64,000 nucleotides of DNA from Spirulina sp. (GCA_044070495.1 JBIPSI010000024.1:1-64000), one strand, 5' to 3'; positions 18,081 to 28,787 are shown, counted from the stretch's first letter. Translations and numbers: made by a program. The notes: a model not told the origin generated them from the letters alone.

Positions 18081-21000
18081 CTAGGTGGTGGAGTCGGGGG
18101 CCAACAGGGTTTGAATGATCTGGGCCAGGTGCTTCAGGCGAATGGGCTTGCTGATATAGGCATTGGCCCCAGCGGCTAGGCAGTGATCTCGATCCTCCGG
18201 CATGGCTAGGGCCGTGAGCGCTACGATGGGCACGCTAACCAGGTCTGGGGTTTGACGAAGCTGACGAATCGCCGCCAACCCGTCCATCTGGGGCATTTGA
18301 ATGTCCATTAAAATCAGGTCTGGGTTGGTGCGGGTAGCCAGGCTGATCGCCTCTAGGCCGTCCTTGGCCACGATGAGCTTGTAGCCCTTGGCCCCCAGGT
18401 AGGCCGTGATGGTGTCTACGTTAGCCTCATTATCTTCGGCCAGCAAAATCAGGGGCGGGGTGTCGGGGGCTAGCCCAGGGGAACCCTCAAGGGCCACCAG
18501 GGGAATAGGGGTAGGGCAATCGTCGGAAGGAATGGGGATGATGGGCAGTTGCAGGGTAAAACAACTGCCGCTGCCAACTTCACTGGTGAGGGTCACCGTG
18601 CCGCCGTGCAGTTCCGTAATGCGCTTAACCAAGGCTAACCCTAACCCAGTCCCCTGGTGCTGGCGGTTGAGGGCACTATCGATCTGGACAAAGGGTTGAA
18701 ACAGCCTTTCTGCGTTTTCGGGACTAATACCAATGCCCGTATCCGCAACCGACAGGGTTAAGATACCTACCGTGGCGGCGGGATCCCCCTCCGGATGCAG
18801 GATGGCCTGATGGGGGGCAAGGGTTGCTCCGGCCAGGGGCCTGTAGGAGGCCATAACGGTGATCTGACCTCCTTCGGGGGTAAACTTAACGGCATTGCTG
18901 AGCAAGTTAATGAGAACCTGGCACAGACGACGTTCGTCCCCGTAGAGATCGGGCAAATGAGCCGGGATGTGGGTTTGAAACTGTAGATTTTTCCGATGGG
19001 CCTGTTCTTGTAAAAAGGTGAGGCTAGATCGACAGAGAAAGCCGACGCTGACGGCGGTATAGTCTAGGTCGATCTGACCCGCCTCAATTTTTGATAAATC
19101 TAAGATGTCATTAATCAGCGATAGCAGGTGGGTGCCGCTACGCTCGATGGTATTTAGGCTACGTTTTTGTCGGTCGGTGAGGGGGCCAAAAACTCCTTCT
19201 TGCAGCCCCTCGGTCATGCCCAAAATAGCATTGAGGGGGGTGCGGAGTTCGTGGCTCATGTTGGCTAAAAATTCGTCCTTCAGGCGAGTAACATACTGAA
19301 GCTCTTGGTTAGAATACCGCAGTTGAGCTTCGGCTTCCTTTAGGGTGGTAATGTCGCGCCCCACCGATTGAAATTCAATGGGGCTACCATCAGCACCAAA
19401 GAAGGCGCGACCGGTCCACTGCTGCCAGTGAATCAAGCCATCGGGGGCCACCACTTGATGTTCGTAGGTAACCACGGGATTCTCTATTGAAAGATGGCTA
19501 AAATAGGTCGCTGAAATGTCTTGATCTTCCTCAGGCAATAACGGCATAAAGCTTTGCCCAAGGAGTTGATCGGGCGACTTTTGAACAAACTGACAGTAGG
19601 CATTGTTCACAAAGGTGAGGGTGCCATCTGGCAAAAAGCGACAGATGAGTTCTGTTTGGTCGGCAACAATACTTTGAAAATAAGCTTGGCTGGATTGCAG
19701 TTGACTTTCCACCCGTTTGCGATCACTAATATCAAACACCACACAAACACATTGGCCATCCGCTTGATCCAGCATGGCCACGCCGATCAGCACCGCTACT
19801 CGACTACCGTCTTTGCGAAAGTATTCTTTTTCCCAGGGGTCAATGGCTCCACTTCGGCGCAGTTCTTCTATCGCTTTGATATCGTTGGCTTGATGTTCTG
19901 GTGGGGTGAGGGTGGTCCAATTAATCGCCTGGGTCTCTAGTTCGGTACGGGTGTAGCCGAGCAAGGTTAGGAATCGATCATTGGCATCGAAGATCTGGCC
20001 GCTAAAATCGGTAAACATCATACCGACGATGTTCGAGGAAAAGACCCGGCGAAATCGATTTTCGCTGGCTAGCAGATCCTGTTCGGCCTGTTTGCGATCC
20101 GTATTATCGTAGCTAATCCCCACAATCCGCAGCGGGTTGCCCTCTGTGTCGTATTGGGTGCTCGTAATGGATCGCAGCCAGCGCAGTTCACCGTCGGGTC
20201 GCACAATGCGAAACTCAACGTTGAAGGTGACCTTATCCTGCACAGCCGCCTGTAACTGCGCCTCTACCGCGTCGAGATCATCGGGGTGAACCTGATCACG
20301 CCAGTCTTGGTAGGTGACAGGTCGATCTAGGTCTTGTAGACCATAGATCTCATACATTCGTTCATCCCAGATGGCGTCGTGCACCAAATCCCAATCCCAG
20401 ATTCCGTAATCTCCCGCTTCTAGCGCTAGGGTGAGGCGACTGGTCAGATCACGTAGCTCAATTTCAGCCTGTTTGCGATCCGTAACGTCAAATTGGATAG
20501 ACAGATAGCGCTCCGGTCGGCCCTGGCTACCGAGGAAGGGCACCATGGTGCTGTCAACCCAGTACGGGGTGCCATCTTTGGCCCGATTGCAGATTTCACC
20601 CCGCCACACCTGGCCACTGGCGATGGTGCGCCATAAATCTCTGAAATAGTAGGGTGAATGGTGCCTCGAGTTTACGAGTCGATGGGTCTTGCCGATTAGT
20701 TCTTGGCGGGAGTAGCCCGACACGGTGCAGAATTTATCGTTGACATCGATAATTACCCCCTGGGCATCGGTAACGGACACAATGGCCGATGCGTCGAGGG
20801 CCAACTTAAAGCCAGCCAACTCCTGGAGTAATTGCTGGTTACGGGCTTCAATTTGTTTCCGATCACCAAGGTCTTCGCACACGCAAATCATGAGGCCATT
20901 CTCCGCCAGCGTGAGCGATAGCCCTTCATCGAAGGTGGTGCCGTCCTGGCGCGTCGCGATAACTTCCCCGACCCAGGCTCCGTCACGCGCCAGGGTGGGC

Positions 21001-23342
21001 ACCACCTCCCGTTCAAATCGAGCCTGTTCTTCCGGCCCATAGAGGACCGTCCAGGGTTGCCCAATCAGGTCTTCGGCCTGGTGGTAGCCAAACAGTTCGA
21101 GGTGGGCACGGTTCAGATACACGAAGACGTCGTCTTGCAGAATGGCAATGCCGTCAACGGCAGCCTCAATGGCGGCCAACTGGCGATTGACCTGGGCTTC
21201 GATGTGTTTGCGGTCGGTGATATCGCGGATTACAAACAACACATCGTTGGGGCCGCAAGGAGCCACCCGCACCTCCCGCACCAGCTGCGTACCGTCAACC
21301 GCTAACGACTGTTCGCTCACCTGGACGGTTTGCGTATTGAGGGCCTGTTCTATGCGATGCAGGTGAGCTTGGGCAAGATCTGGGGGCAACACGTCTACCA
21401 TTCTGTGCCCCACCAACGTATCGAGGCCAGCAATTTCTAGGATGGAGTCAGAGGGGTAGAAGTCTAGATAGACCCCTTCACGGTTGACCCGAAAGACATG
21501 ATCTGGGAGAGCCGCCAGCATGGCTTGCAGGTGATCGTAGCTGCTTTGCAGGGCTACTTCCATGGCTTTGCGGTTGGTAATATCAGTAGACATACCGCAG
21601 AGGGCGTAGGCTTCCCCCTGATCATCTCGCAGCAAAAACTTATTGGAGAGAAAACACCGTTCTTCGCCGTTGATCTGAACGATTTCTTCAAACTGCTGCA
21701 CCCCACCCTGTTCTAACAGCCGCAGATCGTTAGTCCGCAGGGTATCGGCAATCTCAGGCGGGAAAAACTCATAGGTAGTTTTGCCAATCACCTCTTCGAG
21801 CTGGCAGTTAAAGAGTCTCAGAAATGTTTGATTGACGAAGATGTATCGTCCTTCCAGATCTTCAACATAGATCTTGGCCGGAGAGTTATTGAGGATGACC
21901 CTCACTTCGGTCTGGCTTCTATAAAGATCGGCGGTGCGTTCTGTAACTTTTTGCTCCAAAGACTGGTTCAAGTCTTGCAGGGCGAGTTCAGCCTGTTTGC
22001 GATCATGGATATCTGTCGCCATCCCCAGCCACTGCATCTCCTGATCGCACTGAACGCAAACGGCTTGAATCAGATGCCAGCGATAGGCTCCATCGCCTCG
22101 GCGCATCCGGCACTCGGTTTCATAGGGCATCCCCGTTCGCACCGACTCCATCCAGCCATCACGCACTCGTTCCGCATCGTCGGGATGGACGGCAGACGGC
22201 CAGTCGAAGTTCACGAGCTGCTCCGTGGGCAAGCCGAGATACTCGCCCATGCGCGTACTGACATAGACATTACGCCCTGATCCATCCGCGCTCCAAATCA
22301 GATGAGGGGCCAGTTCGACGAACAGGCGGTAGCGCTCTTCGCTATAGCGCAAAGCCTGCTCCACTCGGATGCGGTCAGTGACATCCTGAGCCATCACCAG
22401 TTCAGCCCGCCGCCCCTCAAACTCCAGGGTATGGGACACAATTTCAACCTGAATCCGCTGACCATCCCGCAGGCAATGCGACCAAACACCGGCGATATCC
22501 AGCCCTGAGTCTACCTGGGCAATATTGTCTAGCAGCCGGGGCACCTCTTCAGGGGGGCGAATATCGGCAATGGTCATGGCTAAAAATTCTGCCCTAGAAT
22601 AGCCATATTTCGCCACTGCGGCCTCGTTGACCGCTAAAAATTGAAGGGTCGCCAGATCGTACACCCACATGGGCTGAGGGTTGCAGTCAAACAGATGACG
22701 ATAGGTTGCTTCCTGGGCTTTTAAAGTCTCTCGGAACTGGCAATTTTCCTGGGCAATGCGCTGGCGTTCTTGTTCGATCCGCTGTTCGTTGCGCTGGCGT
22801 TCGGCCTCCAATCGTTTTTGATCGCTGATGTCCGTAACGTAACCCACCACCTCCTGGGGTTCTCCCTGGGCATTCCGCCGCAGCGTCAGAACGTCGCGAA
22901 TCCAAACATAGTGGCCGTCTCGATGGCGCACTCGGTAATCATGCTGAAGCTTGCCCTGATCAAACACCTGGGGAATGACCGCTAACACACCGGGGGCATC
23001 GTCTGGGTGTAGGTGCTGTACCCAAAAGTTTGGTTCCGCCTGAACGTCGTCGGGGGAGTAGCCCAGAACCACGGCTAGGCTTGGGCTAGCGTAGGTATAG
23101 GCGTAGGGAGGGGTGCTCTGGCAAGTATAGGTAACGGCGGGACTGGTGTTGATAATCCATCGCAGCCGATTGGCCTGATGCTCAAGCTGGGCAATATCTC
23201 GCTGCTGTTGATCAAGCTGTCCTTGCAGTTGAGCCTGAATTTGACGAGCCGCATCACGTTCAGCAACCAATTGTTGGGATAGCTGCTGAATCTGGCTCTG
23301 GGCTTCTTCCAATTGCCGTTGCAGGTGGGAGTCTTTGGGCAT
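18081..23342 (-). CDS. Multi-PAS hybrid histidine kinase (about 10 PAS/PAC, HisKA, HATPase, REC)
   Basis: Repeated DITDRK-type PAC ends; FLANMSHELRTPLNAILG; NLLSNAVKFT; DTGIGI; GTGLGL; LILMDIQMP. Confidence 0.96.
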   Translation of the reverse strand: MPKDSHLQRQLEEAQSQIQQLSQQLVAERDAARQIQAQLQGQLDQQQRDIAQLEHQANRLRWIINTSPAVTYTCQSTPPYAYTYASPSLAVVLGYSPDDVQAEPNFWVQHLHPDDAPGVLAVIPQVFDQGKLQHDYRVRHRDGHYVWIRDVLTLRRNAQGEPQEVVGYVTDISDQKRLEAERQRNEQRIEQERQRIAQENCQFRETLKAQEATYRHLFDCNPQPMWVYDLATLQFLAVNEAAVAKYGYSRAEFLAMTIADIRPPEEVPRLLDNIAQVDSGLDIAGVWSHCLRDGQRIQVEIVSHTLEFEGRRAELVMAQDVTDRIRVEQALRYSEERYRLFVELAPHLIWSADGSGRNVYVSTRMGEYLGLPTEQLVNFDWPSAVHPDDAERVRDGWMESVRTGMPYETECRMRRGDGAYRWHLIQAVCVQCDQEMQWLGMATDIHDRKQAELALQDLNQSLEQKVTERTADLYRSQTEVRVILNNSPAKIYVEDLEGRYIFVNQTFLRLFNCQLEEVIGKTTYEFFPPEIADTLRTNDLRLLEQGGVQQFEEIVQINGEERCFLSNKFLLRDDQGEAYALCGMSTDITNRKAMEVALQSSYDHLQAMLAALPDHVFRVNREGVYLDFYPSDSILEIAGLDTLVGHRMVDVLPPDLAQAHLHRIEQALNTQTVQVSEQSLAVDGTQLVREVRVAPCGPNDVLFVIRDITDRKHIEAQVNRQLAAIEAAVDGIAILQDDVFVYLNRAHLELFGYHQAEDLIGQPWTVLYGPEEQARFEREVVPTLARDGAWVGEVIATRQDGTTFDEGLSLTLAENGLMICVCEDLGDRKQIEARNQQLLQELAGFKLALDASAIVSVTDAQGVIIDVNDKFCTVSGYSRQELIGKTHRLVNSRHHSPYYFRDLWRTIASGQVWRGEICNRAKDGTPYWVDSTMVPFLGSQGRPERYLSIQFDVTDRKQAEIELRDLTSRLTLALEAGDYGIWDWDLVHDAIWDERMYEIYGLQDLDRPVTYQDWRDQVHPDDLDAVEAQLQAAVQDKVTFNVEFRIVRPDGELRWLRSITSTQYDTEGNPLRIVGISYDNTDRKQAEQDLLASENRFRRVFSSNIVGMMFTDFSGQIFDANDRFLTLLGYTRTELETQAINWTTLTPPEHQANDIKAIEELRRSGAIDPWEKEYFRKDGSRVAVLIGVAMLDQADGQCVCVVFDISDRKRVESQLQSSQAYFQSIVADQTELICRFLPDGTLTFVNNAYCQFVQKSPDQLLGQSFMPLLPEEDQDISATYFSHLSIENPVVTYEHQVVAPDGLIHWQQWTGRAFFGADGSPIEFQSVGRDITTLKEAEAQLRYSNQELQYVTRLKDEFLANMSHELRTPLNAILGMTEGLQEGVFGPLTDRQKRSLNTIERSGTHLLSLINDILDLSKIEAGQIDLDYTAVSVGFLCRSSLTFLQEQAHRKNLQFQTHIPAHLPDLYGDERRLCQVLINLLSNAVKFTPEGGQITVMASYRPLAGATLAPHQAILHPEGDPAATVGILTLSVADTGIGISPENAERLFQPFVQIDSALNRQHQGTGLGLALVKRITELHGGTVTLTSEVGSGSCFTLQLPIIPIPSDDCPTPIPLVALEGSPGLAPDTPPLILLAEDNEANVDTITAYLGAKGYKLIVAKDGLEAISLATRTNPDLILMDIQMPQMDGLAAIRQLRQTPDLVSVPIVALTALAMPEDRDHCLAAGANAYISKPIRLKHLAQIIQTLLAPDSTT

Positions 23343-23401
23343 GGTATAAGGTTTCCCTTCTGCAAAGTTAACCTATCGCTGTGATTATCTAGCACAAATT
23401 G

Positions 23402-23488
23402 CCCTCACCCCTGCCCCTCTCCCCCAGGAGAGGGGTTCTGAATCCGGCTCCCCTTCTCCCTAGGGAGAAGGGGTTGGGGGATGAGGGC
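23402..23488. repeat. Cyanobacterial CCCTCTCCC/GGGAGAGGG hairpin repeat
   Basis: CCCTCACCCC...CCCCTCTCC..GGAGAGGGG...CCCCTTCTCCCTAGGGAGAAGGGG...TGAGGG; related copies at 35921, 47733 and 52381. Confidence 0.8.
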
Positions 23489-23518
23489 CAGCTTGGATGG
23501 TTTACTAATTGGACTACT

Positions 23519-24097
23519 CTAAGACCAGAGAGGACGAAGATAGGCCAGACCATAGACAACTATCATCAGGCCGTTGGTGACAATCAATAGCCCTTTGCCC
23601 CAACTCGACGACACATTCGACAGCAAAAATGCACTGCCTGCCAGCACCAGGCACAACTCAATCAAGGCCCCTAGGGTGCCGTAATGATTGCGGTCCCAGT
23701 AGGAGACAGGGCTGGTAAACCGCACATCGCTAAACGGGAAAAAATGGCGGTGGGCATCATCATGGTGCAGGGGTAAATCACAGAGGTGATGCAACACCAT
23801 GCTGGCAAAAAATAACCCCCAGGCGGTTTGCTTCAAGGAAACACTGACGGCAATGCCCAACAGCGCCAAGGGCATCGAGTTGCCAATCGCAAAGATATCT
23901 TGCCAGGGTTGGCTGTAGTAGGCTTCTCGCCAGATGACGCTGTCGGGGAGTTTTTGCACCCCCTTGGCCCAGCCGTAGAACACAAAGAGGGCGGCATCGG
24001 GAGCAATCGCCCCTAGCAAAATCGGCCAGGTATAGACCCCCTGATCCGGTCGCCGCAACAGGGCTAAGTTCAGGATCATATGGCTGGGGGTATTCAT
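23519..24097 (-). CDS. Putative membrane metal-dependent hydrolase
   Basis: MNTPSH, APD and HHLCDLPLHHDDAHRHFFPFS His/Asp-rich motifs with TM segments. Confidence 0.75.
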   Translation of the reverse strand: MNTPSHMILNLALLRRPDQGVYTWPILLGAIAPDAALFVFYGWAKGVQKLPDSVIWREAYYSQPWQDIFAIGNSMPLALLGIAVSVSLKQTAWGLFFASMVLHHLCDLPLHHDDAHRHFFPFSDVRFTSPVSYWDRNHYGTLGALIELCLVLAGSAFLLSNVSSSWGKGLLIVTNGLMIVVYGLAYLRPLWS

Positions 24098-24246
24098 CGC
24101 GGTAGCTCCTGAGGGTAGGACGTGCGCATGGGCTGAGCTTTAGCAGCGGGAAAATTTGGGTCGTTAAGACTGAAACGGTTATATCGCAGCTTCGCCACCT
24201 TAGGGCCAACCAGGGAAACCAGGGGCCAGTGCTTGAGAACGGCTTA

Positions 24247-24377
24247 GAGGACGTTTGAAAAGCTGAAGCATGTCCCAAGTTATACCGATGAGGTCAGCCT
24301 CAGTCGTCAAAAATCCCGTAGATTTGCACCGATCTAGCGATCAACCGCACCTGAAGCAACCCTTTTCAAACGCCCTC
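24247..24377. mobile_element. 131-bp MITE, copy 2 (inverted relative to copy 1)
   Basis: Same TIRs; 7 substitutions versus copy 1 by manual alignment; flanks TTA / TGA. Confidence 0.92.
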
Positions 24378-24683
24378 TGAGCAGATTTGCACAGACGTGA
24401 GCAGAATCGAGCACATTTGCACGGGCTAAAGCAGCAAAATAGTGCCAAATTAGGCGATTTCTAGGGTGCAACCGATGGTAAAAACCGATGTAGTTTTTTT
24501 ATGGCAAGCAATGCGCGTCTGGCCCACCCCTCCTCAAAAGGTGTCCCAAGTCATCAACCTTTCATTCGCGATCCATTCCGACGCACTTACCGCATCGAGT
24601 TCAAAATACACACGTACTGCTATGCCGCCGACTCGTTTGGTCAGTCAACTAGTGTCAGTGCTGTCCAGGGGAGGTTAGACGGG

Positions 24684-26384
24684 TTAACTTGGATTAGGGG
24701 GTTCTGTAGGGGCCAGGGGTGCCCGTACTAGGTGCCAGGTGCCTACGGTGGCGATAATGTCGTAGCCCGGCTCGGTGGGAACGGGAAGGGCTTGGCCATT
24801 GCCCCAGGCGTATTCTCCGGGGGGAATTTGGCTCCAGTCGCCGATGGCGGTGCCTAGTTGGGGCGAGTAAAACGTCAACAGAATGGTGTCTCGGTCGCCG
24901 CTGGGTTGCAGCAGGTGAACCGGGTTTTGGGCCAGCAGCGAGGCTAGAGGTTCCGTGGTCAGAGTCGCCTTGAGGCTGGGGTTATAGTTGCCCCACAGCC
25001 CCGTACCAAAGGCGGCGGCGATCACCAACCACGGCCCCAGTAGCCAGCCCCATTGCCAGAGGTTCTGCTGCCCCTGGGAAACCGGATAGCGACGATTCAT
25101 CGCCAACAGCCAGGGTACCAGCCAGCCCAGCCCTCCCATTACCCCAAACCAACCGTAGGGCCGAATTTCCGGCGCGAACAAATCCCCAGGAGCCAAGAGA
25201 ATCGCCAAACCCGCCGAAAACAGCAGCAGCCCCAGCACCCCAATCGCCCAACTGAGGCCCACCGCCACCCGATAGCGATGGGGTGCCCGCGACCGATACC
25301 AGCGGCCCAGGTATTGCAACCCCACCGCCGCCAGCAGGGCCACAAAGGGATAAAGTTGCAGCGAATAGTACCAGGTGCGGGTATTAAACAGGCTGAGCAG
25401 AATAAACAGCGTGACGGGATACCCCAGCCACAGGGTGCGGCGGCCTACGCTGGGGTTGCGCCAGAGCAGGCAGGCCCCTAACAGGGCAAAGGCCACCCAG
25501 GGAAAGGTGGTGGCCGGAATGTGCCAGAGGTAGTAGGTCGCTGAGGCCGCAGGGTTAAAGGTGGGTGTGGGGCTTTGGTTCCACTCTTCGGCGAGAAATA
25601 GGAGTTTGCCAAAAAGCTGTTGAAAGGGCAGCCAGCCATAGCGAGCCGAGCTAGCGCCTAGCCAGAAGGCTGTCGGTGCGATTCCCAGCCCCAGCCCGAC
25701 GTACAACCCTGGATTTTGTAAATGGCGATGGCCTTTGCGACCCCATACCAGGTAGGGCAGCAGGGCGACCATTGGCAGCAGAATCATCACGCTTTTTACT
25801 AAAAAGCCCAGGCCCAGCGCTACCCCCGCCAGCCCTCCCCACCTCCAGCGCCGTTGGGGGTGGGCCTCCGCCTGAAGCAGTCCCCAAATAGCCAGCAACT
25901 CCAGGAACACGAGGGGCATATCCTGGGTGGCCAACTTGCTAGACTGCATCCACAGGGGCATCACCGCCAAAATGGCCGCTCCCCAAAACCCGGTGCTGGG
26001 GGGCCACAGGCGTTTGCCAATCTGCCAGGTCAACAAAATGGCCCCCAGGGAGAACACCATACTGGGCAGTCGGGCCGACCACTCACTGCGGTCAAACACG
26101 ACATAGCTGAGGGCGATCAACCAATTGGCCCCAATGGTGCGGTCAAACAGGGGCGCACCCCACCAGCCCACGGTGATCCAGTCTTGGTTGTCCAAAATCC
26201 AGCGGGCTTGCTGGGCGTAGTAGCCCTCGTCGTAGGCCATCAGGCTTTGTTGGGGATGGTTGATCACCAGCAACACCCCCGCCCATAGCAACAACCCAAT
26301 CCAGGGCCGCTGCTGTAAAAGTTGCCCTAACGTTTGCCCCAAAAGCCGTAGCCTGTTGCCGAAGCGCTGAAGGTACCGTGCCAC
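24684..26384 (-). CDS. ArnT/GT-C (PMT_2-like) glycosyltransferase
   Basis: AYDEGYYAQQAR, EWSARLPS, LGFLVKS; many TM helices. Confidence 0.9.
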   Translation of the reverse strand: MARYLQRFGNRLRLLGQTLGQLLQQRPWIGLLLWAGVLLVINHPQQSLMAYDEGYYAQQARWILDNQDWITVGWWGAPLFDRTIGANWLIALSYVVFDRSEWSARLPSMVFSLGAILLTWQIGKRLWPPSTGFWGAAILAVMPLWMQSSKLATQDMPLVFLELLAIWGLLQAEAHPQRRWRWGGLAGVALGLGFLVKSVMILLPMVALLPYLVWGRKGHRHLQNPGLYVGLGLGIAPTAFWLGASSARYGWLPFQQLFGKLLFLAEEWNQSPTPTFNPAASATYYLWHIPATTFPWVAFALLGACLLWRNPSVGRRTLWLGYPVTLFILLSLFNTRTWYYSLQLYPFVALLAAVGLQYLGRWYRSRAPHRYRVAVGLSWAIGVLGLLLFSAGLAILLAPGDLFAPEIRPYGWFGVMGGLGWLVPWLLAMNRRYPVSQGQQNLWQWGWLLGPWLVIAAAFGTGLWGNYNPSLKATLTTEPLASLLAQNPVHLLQPSGDRDTILLTFYSPQLGTAIGDWSQIPPGEYAWGNGQALPVPTEPGYDIIATVGTWHLVRAPLAPTEPPNPS

Positions 26385-26500
26385 CCGTGCCCCTACCCTA
26401 GAAAAACCTTCGTAGGTTATATCATTCCCTTGGGTGGATAGACGCCCGATGGCCGTTCTCCGGGTTGTATTGGGTATCGAATTTTATTGGGTGTCGCGAT

Positions 26501-28711
26501 ATGGATCTGTCCCCCCCGCTGTGGCAGGATGTGGCCTCTACTCCGGCCCCGGAGGCATGGCGTAGGGCGGTGCAGGGGGCCGTTGCTCACCAAAATCCGC
26601 CGCTACACCTGGCGGGCTGGGCGGCCCAGGTGCTCTGGCAGCGGCAGATCGTCACCCTAGGGGATATTGACGGTTTTATCGACGAGGACTCCTACACCCC
26701 CACCCCCGCCAGCGCCTTTGGAGAACCGATGACCAGGGCTGTAGCTCGCCTCAGGCAGGCTATCGACACTCAGGAAACCGTCACCATTTGGGGCGACTTT
26801 GATGCCGATGGGGTCACCGCCACCGCCGTTTTGTGGGAAGGGTTGGGGCAAATTTTCGACCAGGGGAAGACTCTGCGCTACTACATTCCCAATCGGCTAC
26901 GGGAGTCCCATGGTTTATCAAGGGCGGGACTGGATCAGGTGCGGGAGTGGGGCACGGGGCTGATCGTCACCTGCGACACGGGCAGCACCAACCTTGAGGA
27001 AATCGCCTACGCCCAAAGCCTCGGTATGGCGGTGATCATCACCGACCACCACACCCTGCCGGAGACGGAACCCGCCGCCGTGGCGCTGATCAACCCCCGC
27101 ACCTTTCCGGCGGATCATCCCCTGGCCACCCTGTCCGGTGTGGCGGTGGCCTACAAACTGCTGGAGGGGCTGTACGAAGCCCTGGAAGTCCCGCCAGATT
27201 TTCCCCTCGACAACCTCCTGGATCTAGTCGCCATTGGCCTGATTGCCGACCTGGTAAATTTGACTGGAGACTGCCGCTACCTGGCCCAGCAGGGTCTTAA
27301 GCAACTCCAAACCCACCTGCAAGGGAATCCTCCCCGCTTTCGACCGGGGGTTAAAGAACTGCTGACCCTGTGCAAAAAAACGGGGGATCGGCCCACGGAT
27401 ATTTCCTTTGGGCTGGGGCCGCGCATCAATGCCGTCAGCCGTATTCATGGCGACGCCAGCTTTTGTGTGGAACTGCTCACCAGCCAAGACGCCGCCCGCT
27501 GCCGAACCTTGGCCTACGAGGCCGAACTGGCCAACACTCGCCGCAAGGGTCTGCAACGGGATCTCTACCGTCAGGTGATGGATCGGGCCGCCGCCATCGA
27601 TCTGGCCACCACCCACTGCATTATTCTGGCCGATGAACAATGGCCCACGGGCATTCTGGGTCTAGTGGCCGGACAGGTGAGCCAAGCCCTCGGGCGGCCC
27701 ACGTTGCTGCTCACCATCGATCCACCTAACGCAAGCGGAGAACCCCAATTAGCCAGGGGTTCAGCCCGATCTGTGCCAGGGTTAGACCTGTACGACCTGT
27801 TCCAATCCCAGGCGGATTTGCTGAGCAGCTTTGGTGGCCATCCCCTCGCCGCTGGGCTAACCCTGCCCGTAGATCGGCTGGCCATGTTCACTACGGCGAT
27901 GAACCGAGCGGTGCGGGAAAAGCTGGGCAGCGGCATTCCCCAGGCCCGTTTGACGATTGACCTCACGGTGACCGTGGTGGATTTGGGGCAAGCCCTGTTT
28001 CGAGAACTCAAACTGCTGGAACCCTACGGCATGGGCCACCCCGTCCCCCGGTTACTGATTCGGAAGGCCTGGTTTGCCAACACCTTCCACCGTAACCTGC
28101 GCGATGCCAAGGATAAGGGAGTCGGCTTCATTAAAACCGAATTTGAGCTGTGGGATGATACCGTCACCGCTGGCTTTCCGGGGGAGTGGTGGGGACATTA
28201 CAAAGAAGAACTTCCCGAAGGTCGCTGTGATGTGGTGGTGGAGTTGGATCACAGCCAGCGCCAGAACTACCACGTTAAGCTGGTGGATGTGCGCCCTGCC
28301 GTCGAGGATACTGGGGTAATTCAGTCCGATTCAGACCCAATTCCTAGCGATCTGCCCCGGTTAGGCGATTCCCCAATTACAACCATCGAATCTCCCATCA
28401 CGGTCTGGCAAGAATTGGTGGGTATCGCCAAATATCTAGCCCGCACCCAAACCCCCGTGGAGCGATCCCGTTTGCTGTCTCGCCTGGGGATTTCTGAATT
28501 TTCCTTAGATTTGGGCCTCCAAGCCTTGGCGACGGCAGGGTTTTCCATCACCGCCACCGAGTCACCGACCGATGCCATCCACATCGCCGCCGCTGAGCCA
28601 AACTTGGTACCAAGCCCGACCCACCCCGCCGCCCTACAGCACTTTTTGGAGGCCGTCGCTGAGGAGCAATTCCGTCAGCGCTATCGGCTCCAGCAGGCTA
28701 GCGTTTCCTAG
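26501..28711 (+). CDS. recJ: Single-stranded DNA exonuclease RecJ
   Basis: WGDFDADG, TCDTG, TDHH, GPRINA, RGSARS, FGGHPLAAG, LEPYGMG. Confidence 0.95.
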   Translation: MDLSPPLWQDVASTPAPEAWRRAVQGAVAHQNPPLHLAGWAAQVLWQRQIVTLGDIDGFIDEDSYTPTPASAFGEPMTRAVARLRQAIDTQETVTIWGDFDADGVTATAVLWEGLGQIFDQGKTLRYYIPNRLRESHGLSRAGLDQVREWGTGLIVTCDTGSTNLEEIAYAQSLGMAVIITDHHTLPETEPAAVALINPRTFPADHPLATLSGVAVAYKLLEGLYEALEVPPDFPLDNLLDLVAIGLIADLVNLTGDCRYLAQQGLKQLQTHLQGNPPRFRPGVKELLTLCKKTGDRPTDISFGLGPRINAVSRIHGDASFCVELLTSQDAARCRTLAYEAELANTRRKGLQRDLYRQVMDRAAAIDLATTHCIILADEQWPTGILGLVAGQVSQALGRPTLLLTIDPPNASGEPQLARGSARSVPGLDLYDLFQSQADLLSSFGGHPLAAGLTLPVDRLAMFTTAMNRAVREKLGSGIPQARLTIDLTVTVVDLGQALFRELKLLEPYGMGHPVPRLLIRKAWFANTFHRNLRDAKDKGVGFIKTEFELWDDTVTAGFPGEWWGHYKEELPEGRCDVVVELDHSQRQNYHVKLVDVRPAVEDTGVIQSDSDPIPSDLPRLGDSPITTIESPITVWQELVGIAKYLARTQTPVERSRLLSRLGISEFSLDLGLQALATAGFSITATESPTDAIHIAAAEPNLVPSPTHPAALQHFLEAVAEEQFRQRYRLQQASVS

Positions 28712-28723
28712 AATGCTGACACA

Positions 28724-28787
28724 AAACCCGGTTTCTACGCTTGAAAAGACCAAATCGCGCAGGCACATCGAGGAAGAAACCGGGTTT
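28724..28787. repeat. Inverted repeat pair AAACCCGGTTTCT / AGAAACCGGGTTT between convergent genes
   Basis: 13-bp perfect inverted arms around a spacer of about 38 nt; resembles a common cyanobacterial dispersed repeat. Confidence 0.7.

Noticed and set aside
23778..24278. 166-aa minus-strand ORF
   Set aside because: It starts inside the MITE and overlaps the hydrolase gene out of frame.
24501..24731. 76-aa plus-strand ORF in the gap before the glycosyltransferase end
   Set aside because: No recognisable motif, it overlaps the 3' end of the convergent gene and it contains a repeat end; I cannot support it, though it is not excluded.
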